From NCBI GenBank assembly GCA_027489875.1, contig JAIXZE010000292.1, forward strand, positions 402-64,401: a stretch of DNA of 64,000 nucleotides. Reading direction: 5' to 3'. The notes beneath the pieces were generated by a model. That model searched no databases. It was not told where the DNA came from and saw only the letters and a list, made by a program, of their open reading frames with translations. Of this stretch, positions 60,701 to 64,000 are shown piece by piece (positions within the stretch are counted from its first letter, which is position 1; every line of letters starts with the position of its first letter). This DNA comes from Verrucomicrobiales bacterium. Its GTDB lineage: Bacteria > Verrucomicrobiota > Verrucomicrobiia > Limisphaerales > UBA9464. A program made the translations under genes and the position numbers.

Positions 60701-62743
60701 CGCGCCATCGAAGTCGACCTTGCTGGGTGGATTGGCCGGTTTGGACCAGTCAGGGTTGTCGCCGGTGCGGAATTCCCATTCGCCAGTCAGGGGCAGGGTG
60801 CGGTTGCCGGCGCGGATCTCCGGGGCGCGGCCCTTGAAACCACCGCGACCTCCGTTGTCAAAGATGCGCACGGCAACGAGGACGGATTGGCCCGGACGCA
60901 GGGTGACCGGCCAGGCGGTGCCGGGTCCCAGCCCGGACTGGTAGGCGGGCGGGAAAGCCCCTGCGGCCCCGACGCGGACGCCGTCGAGATAGGCCTCGTG
61001 GGCGTCGTCGACCTGTTCGACGAAGAGTTCCGCCTGGGCGGGCCAGTCTGCAGGGATCTTCACCCAGGCGCGGTACCACGCGATGCCATCGAAGGCGGCG
61101 AGTCCGTTGCGGGAAGTTTCATCCCAGGTTCCCGGGACCTTCAGCCGTTGCCAACCGCCCGCGTAATCAACGATGGGCGGGGCGGCGGGGGGAATGAACT
61201 CGTCGAGAGCCCAAAGGATGCCATTGAGGAGCAGGCGTTGGAACGTGGGTTCCGCGAAGTCTTCGGGGCTGCCGAGCGAGGTATAGAACACGCGGCGGTT
61301 GTCGCGCGTGTTGACCCAGGCGACCGGTTCCACCTCGGACTTTCCGTCCTCGGTCTGACCGCGGAGGAGCGGGGTGACGGTCCGGAAGAGGTTCCGGTTG
61401 CGATACAGGTGGGAAGTGAATCGGGCCGTGGCCGGAATGCCCGTCAGCACGGGATGGCTGGCGGCCTCGGGGATCATGGAGACCAGGGTCTCCCGACCGG
61501 GGCCCTTGCCGTAATGGTCCTGATAATCCGCGCCGAGGATCTCGTCGTCGAAGTTGGGCCAGGTCTGCGGCGTGGTGTTGGTCTGTCCGCGGATCTCGAA
61601 GGCGTGGCTCGCGGTGCGGATGCCGACGATGGGCTTGCCCGCGGCGACATGATCCCGGAGGGCCTGGATCATGCCCGGCGGCGCGGTGCGCCGTCGGACG
61701 CTGAGGATGAGGAGGTCCGAGTTGCGGATGGCTTCCCAATTCTTGAAGTCGCCGTCGCCGTCCTTCGGCGATGCAGAGACCACTTCGAAGCGGTAGCCGC
61801 GGATGGAAAGGTGGTTCCGGGTGAAGACGGGCAGGGTTTCCCACGTGCGATACTCGTTCTCGCCGATGACGAACGTGACCCGCTTCGGCTTGTCGGCCTT
61901 GAAGCGGAAGTCGGGTCCGCCCAGGAGGTCAGAACTGGTGACGCTCGGACACCAGTACTTCTCGATGTGCTCGACGACGAGTTCAGTGCCGCGGAAGTGG
62001 GAGACGAACGGGCGCTTGCGGTGGTTGTACATCGAGTCCGTCATGTCGCGGACGAGGACGACGTTCTGGCCCTGTCGGATCATCTGGCGGATGGAGAAGG
62101 GTCGGCCGAGGACGCACATGTTGATGTGGACGCCCATGACGATGACGTTGGTGATGCCGCGCTGGCGCATCAGGTAGAAGGCCTCGGCGGAATCGGTGAT
62201 GGCGTCGCCGGGAAGGATCTCCAGCGCGGCATGCTGGCGGGACCACGCCTTGAAGGAGGGACAGTCGGGGCATCCGTCGCAACCGCCGTCGGAGTCGTCG
62301 ATGGGCAGGGGGGCTTCGACGTCGGGCTTGAGGGAGCACCAGCCTTCGAGGGGGATCGTCGTGGCGACCTTCGGCGCGGACTGGGCGAGCTTCCGTCCCG
62401 GGTGGTCCTTGTAGAAGTCCATGGTGTCGGACGGACAATGGATGATCAGGCATCCCCGGGCCCGGGCGGCCTTGATCATCTCGTTCATGCGGGGAGCCAT
62501 CTCGCCCACGCGTTCGGTGGCGTCGGGGCAGTGGTGCTTGTCCCACATGTCGCAGACGACGACGGCGGTGCGGGTCGATTCCCAGGTGGCGATGCCGTTC
62601 TGGATGCCCCAGTCATTCGTGTCGCGGACGGAGCGGATCCGGGAGCGGGTGCTGAGGGCGAGCGGTTCCGCGCAGGCGGTGCTGGCCAAACCGAGCAGCA
62701 CGGCCGTCGTCCACCACCAGCGGAGGAGCCTTGGGGAGATCAT
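57707..62743 (-). CDS. 1678-aa secreted fusion: isochorismatase-like cysteine hydrolase + ThuA-like + galactose-binding jelly-roll + PVC membrane-bound-dehydrogenase beta-propeller + HEAT repeats + C-terminal cytochrome c
   Basis: In order: VVVCDMWDKHHC...VIVMGVHINMCVLG (isochorismatase D/K/C pattern); KRVTFVIGENEY...AGKPIVGIRTASHAF (ThuA-like); FDGIAWYRAWVKIPADW...AHEAYLDG (jelly-roll); FDIAPGLAWDQILAEPDIAQPVFLTFDERGRMWVVEYRQYP; HEAT repeats; CGTCHKLFTKGGDVGPDLT...NIVNPNAEI...MPEGLL. Confidence 0.9.
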   Translation of the reverse strand: MISPRLLRWWWTTAVLLGLASTACAEPLALSTRSRIRSVRDTNDWGIQNGIATWESTRTAVVVCDMWDKHHCPDATERVGEMAPRMNEMIKAARARGCLIIHCPSDTMDFYKDHPGRKLAQSAPKVATTIPLEGWCSLKPDVEAPLPIDDSDGGCDGCPDCPSFKAWSRQHAALEILPGDAITDSAEAFYLMRQRGITNVIVMGVHINMCVLGRPFSIRQMIRQGQNVVLVRDMTDSMYNHRKRPFVSHFRGTELVVEHIEKYWCPSVTSSDLLGGPDFRFKADKPKRVTFVIGENEYRTWETLPVFTRNHLSIRGYRFEVVSASPKDGDGDFKNWEAIRNSDLLILSVRRRTAPPGMIQALRDHVAAGKPIVGIRTASHAFEIRGQTNTTPQTWPNFDDEILGADYQDHYGKGPGRETLVSMIPEAASHPVLTGIPATARFTSHLYRNRNLFRTVTPLLRGQTEDGKSEVEPVAWVNTRDNRRVFYTSLGSPEDFAEPTFQRLLLNGILWALDEFIPPAAPPIVDYAGGWQRLKVPGTWDETSRNGLAAFDGIAWYRAWVKIPADWPAQAELFVEQVDDAHEAYLDGVRVGAAGAFPPAYQSGLGPGTAWPVTLRPGQSVLVAVRIFDNGGRGGFKGRAPEIRAGNRTLPLTGEWEFRTGDNPDWSKPANPPSKVDFDGAKTSASISPTTAPTATAPAATPPPQLAPLPPAEAALRFDIAPGLAWDQILAEPDIAQPVFLTFDERGRMWVVEYRQYPHPAGLKMVSRDNFWRAVYDKVPPPPPNHFRGADRISIHEDSDGNGTFDRHSIFVDGLNIATSVAFGRGGVWVLNPPYLLFYPDANHDDKPDGDPEVRLTGFGLEDTHSVANSLRWGPDGWLYGCQGSTVTGNILVHGPDGKPLGAKPVYSQGQNIWRYHPERRVYEVFSEGGGNAFGLEFDSAGRVFSGHNGGNTRGFHYQQGAYLQKGFDKHGPLSNPHAYGYFPAIPHPDVDRFTHNFVLYDSGALGEAYQGRLFGVEPLQGRIVLSEITRDGSTFRTRDLGHPVRSTDAFFRPVDIKLGPDGALYVCDWYDRQVNHYRNHEGQMDASNGRIYRLRHRDTRPGSTPNLANLPTAQRVASLGHTNRLVRELNLRRLADQRDPAAVPLLRAQLNAPAPNVGPDLALESLWALHQLGALDAPLRSVALRHPNPQLRLWTARFIGDHGPVPTELASQLAQIAANEPDVEVRSQLASTARRLPPAQSLPIVKALLSQDRDAADPRLPLLLWWAIEQHCASAPDAVLDLFTDRELWRAPVVHQHILHRLARRFTATGKPADLKFTTRLFTLSPSAEATARLTRGFEEATAGSPLPALPEELVLAMEKAGGESLLIGTRRARPAAVEQALARIRDDKAATSERIQLVQVLGEIQLPAAIPALLTLVRDAKPLDLRRAALGALQSFNDPAIASELLTQLPSHPPALQPVTLAALASRARWAEALLTALDAGRIPVASVPTDLARKLKALPGESIARLTARLWPQLRQPTSTELEREILRLAEVINLATGSPYPGKKLFLERCGTCHKLFTKGGDVGPDLTVYQRTDLPNLLLNIVNPNAEIREGFESFQAETRDGRTLFGFLAAQTPRNIVLRTPDGQSVPLDRDNLQSLTPAGSSLMPEGLLADLSDQQVRDLFAYLRSTQPLND

Positions 62744-62841
62744 CCCGAGAGCCTAGCGGGTTGCGGGTGCAGGCGAGAAGCGCTGACTGCGGACGGAATT
62801 TGGGTGGGGTCCTCCTCGGACGCACGCCGCCGCGCAGGAGC

Positions 62842-63207
62842 CAAGGCGTTGTTTCACGCCGAGACGCCGAGATCGCCGAGGGGAAGGCGACCTTCCATCT
62901 CGTCGGGGCCATACCTTGCCAACGCCAGCGGTGTTGGCCGAGGAACGAGGGCAACCCTCGGGTTGATCCCAACGCGGGCCCGAACCGCATCGCGGTTGTG
63001 GCCATCGCCGGGACAAAATCGAAGCGCCCCGCTCCGCCACAGCGTCTGGGACCGGGATCCGAGGACGACGAACCGCACGAAGCCAGCCTCATGCCGAGGT
63101 TAAGCAGGTGCGGAGCACCGACAGATGGTAGCCCACGGCGTCAGCCGTGGGACCCGCATCCCGAAGGATTACCAGCCCCAGCGGGGCGAAAGACGTGGCA
63201 TGCTGAC
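62842..63207. repeat. Composite non-coding repeat, copy A1
   Basis: Collinear with 63250-63476 plus 63661-63845. Contains hairpins GCCAAC-N9-GTTGGC and CCCACGGC-GTCA-GCCGTGGG. Confidence 0.8.
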
Positions 63208-63249
63208 TTGAAGGAAACCTCACGCGAAGACGCGAAGACGCGAAGGAGA

Positions 63250-63845
63250 CAAGGCGTTGTTTCACGCAGGGACGGGGGGTCGCCGAGGGGTAATGCGGAC
63301 GCTTCACGCCGCCGGTTCCATGCCTTGCCAACGCCAACGGCGTTGAGACCCCGAGGGTTGGCCGAGGAACGAGGACAACCCTGGGTTTGCTCCGCACGCT
63401 GGAACCAACCGCACGGCGGTTGTGGCCATCACTGAGCCCGAATCCGAAGGCCCCTGTTCTGCCACAGCATCTGAGCCAAATCCATGCAGCAGATATCTCG
63501 CGCAGAAGCGCAGAGGCGCTGAGGAAGACAGGAAAAGGGAAGTCTGGGTGCCGCTGTGTGACTCGATGAGTGTGACCGAAAGGACCTCGTTCTCCGCGCC
63601 CCTGCGTCTCAGCGCGAGTCATTCCTCGTCATCCAACGGCATGGTTACAGCGGAGGCCTGGATTCCTGGGACGACGAACCGCATGACGTGAGTTCCCACG
63701 CCGAGGTTCCACTGGTGCTCTGAACCTCGTGCCCGGCCGTTTCAGGCCCGGAGGGCCGAAAGACAGCAGCCCACGGCGTGAGCCTTGGGTCCCACGTCTA
63801 TAGGAATCCCCAGCCCCAGCGGGGCGACAGACACGGTAGGCTCCC
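63250..63845. repeat. Composite non-coding repeat, copy A2, interrupted by a roughly 185-bp insert (63477-63660) that has its own inverted ends
   Basis: Shares CAAGGCGTTGTTTCACGC..., TGCCTTGCCAACGCCARCGG..., GGCCGAGGAACGAGGRCAACCC..., GCGGTTGTGGCCATC..., GACGACGAACCGCA..., GCCCACGGCGT.AGCC.TGGG... and CCAGCCCCAGCGGGGCGA with copy A1. Insert ends are CTCGCGCAGAAGCGCAGAGG and CCCTGCGTCTCAGCGCGAG. Confidence 0.8.
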
Positions 63846-64000
63846 ATGCGCTGAAACCTCACCCAAAGAACCGACCCCTTACTGAAGGGGTGTTTTGCAG
63901 CAATGAACGGGAGGTCTTCATTGCATGCGCCGGGTGAGGGCACCCGGCCTTCAGCCTCGACCCATTGAAGGCCGCGTGACCCCACGCGGCGCATCCCCAA

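Noticed and set aside
59105-63103. 1332-aa plus-strand ORF, and other very long shadows (9006-11561 minus, 15235-18045 minus, 21751-24420 minus, 34284-36125 plus, 53677-55407 minus).
   Set aside because: Each lies antisense to a gene with unmistakable family motifs (the giant CxxCH protein, ftsI, ftsW/murG, ftsA/ftsZ, PSCyt1-FGE, comEC). Each has low-complexity G/E/V/A or R/P/H composition.
63629-64000. 123-aa minus-strand ORF at the right edge, and other 60-230-aa ORFs in 62731-63691.
   Set aside because: They are translations of the interspersed repeats. The same peptide-like strings recur wherever the repeats occur, the composition is Arg/Gly/Pro-rich, and there are no start-site signals.

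Overview
High-GC window (about two-thirds G+C by eye, not computed) that looks chromosomal and comes from a PVC-superphylum bacterium. It is most likely Verrucomicrobiota: it has an ftsZ-containing dcw cluster, three PVC-type heme-binding CxxCH/dehydrogenase-domain giants, PSCyt1 domains and a DUF1559 (H-X9-DG) prepilin-like protein. No rRNA, tRNA, CRISPR array, transposase or phage genes were seen.

Layout:
- 1-6547, minus strand: queA, a ribD_C-like gene, and a giant secreted protein that runs off the left edge and is missing from the ORF track.
- 6548-25226, plus strand: division/cell-wall cluster mraZ-orf107-rsmH-ftsL-ftsI-murE*-murF-mraY-[structured spacer]-lysM-ftsW-murG-murB-ddl-ftsQ-ftsA-ftsZ-FHA.
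- 25.4-37 kb: redox/regulatory neighbourhood with an MBL hydrolase, a candidate sigma-54-dependent hypothetical gene, a class-II cytochrome c lipoprotein, an NtrC-type activator, Rieske, a cytochrome b fused to a diheme c, a Cys-less thioredoxin-fold protein, a LytTR regulator, a PSCyt1x2-FGE fusion and an SxxC DsbA-like protein.
- 37-57.7 kb: housekeeping and envelope genes (purA, uppS, olsBA, GT2, dimeric dUTPase-like, hpt, moaDE, DHPS-like, tsaB/tsaE/thiL, vanZ, comEC, ferritin-like, Calx-beta).
- 57.7-62.7 kb: a 1678-aa multidomain giant.
- 62.7-64 kb: non-coding repeat field.

Most notable observations:
- The dcw-encoded MurE homologue has lost its catalytic motifs, while murD and murC are absent from the cluster.
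- FtsZ has degenerate T1 and T7 GTPase residues and is followed by a membrane FHA protein.
- Three paralogous beta-propeller-HEAT-cytochrome c giants carry different N-terminal hydrolase modules.
- Several short interspersed repeat families are present, including a MITE-like element in five copies.

Many long ORFs in the track are antisense shadows caused by the high GC.
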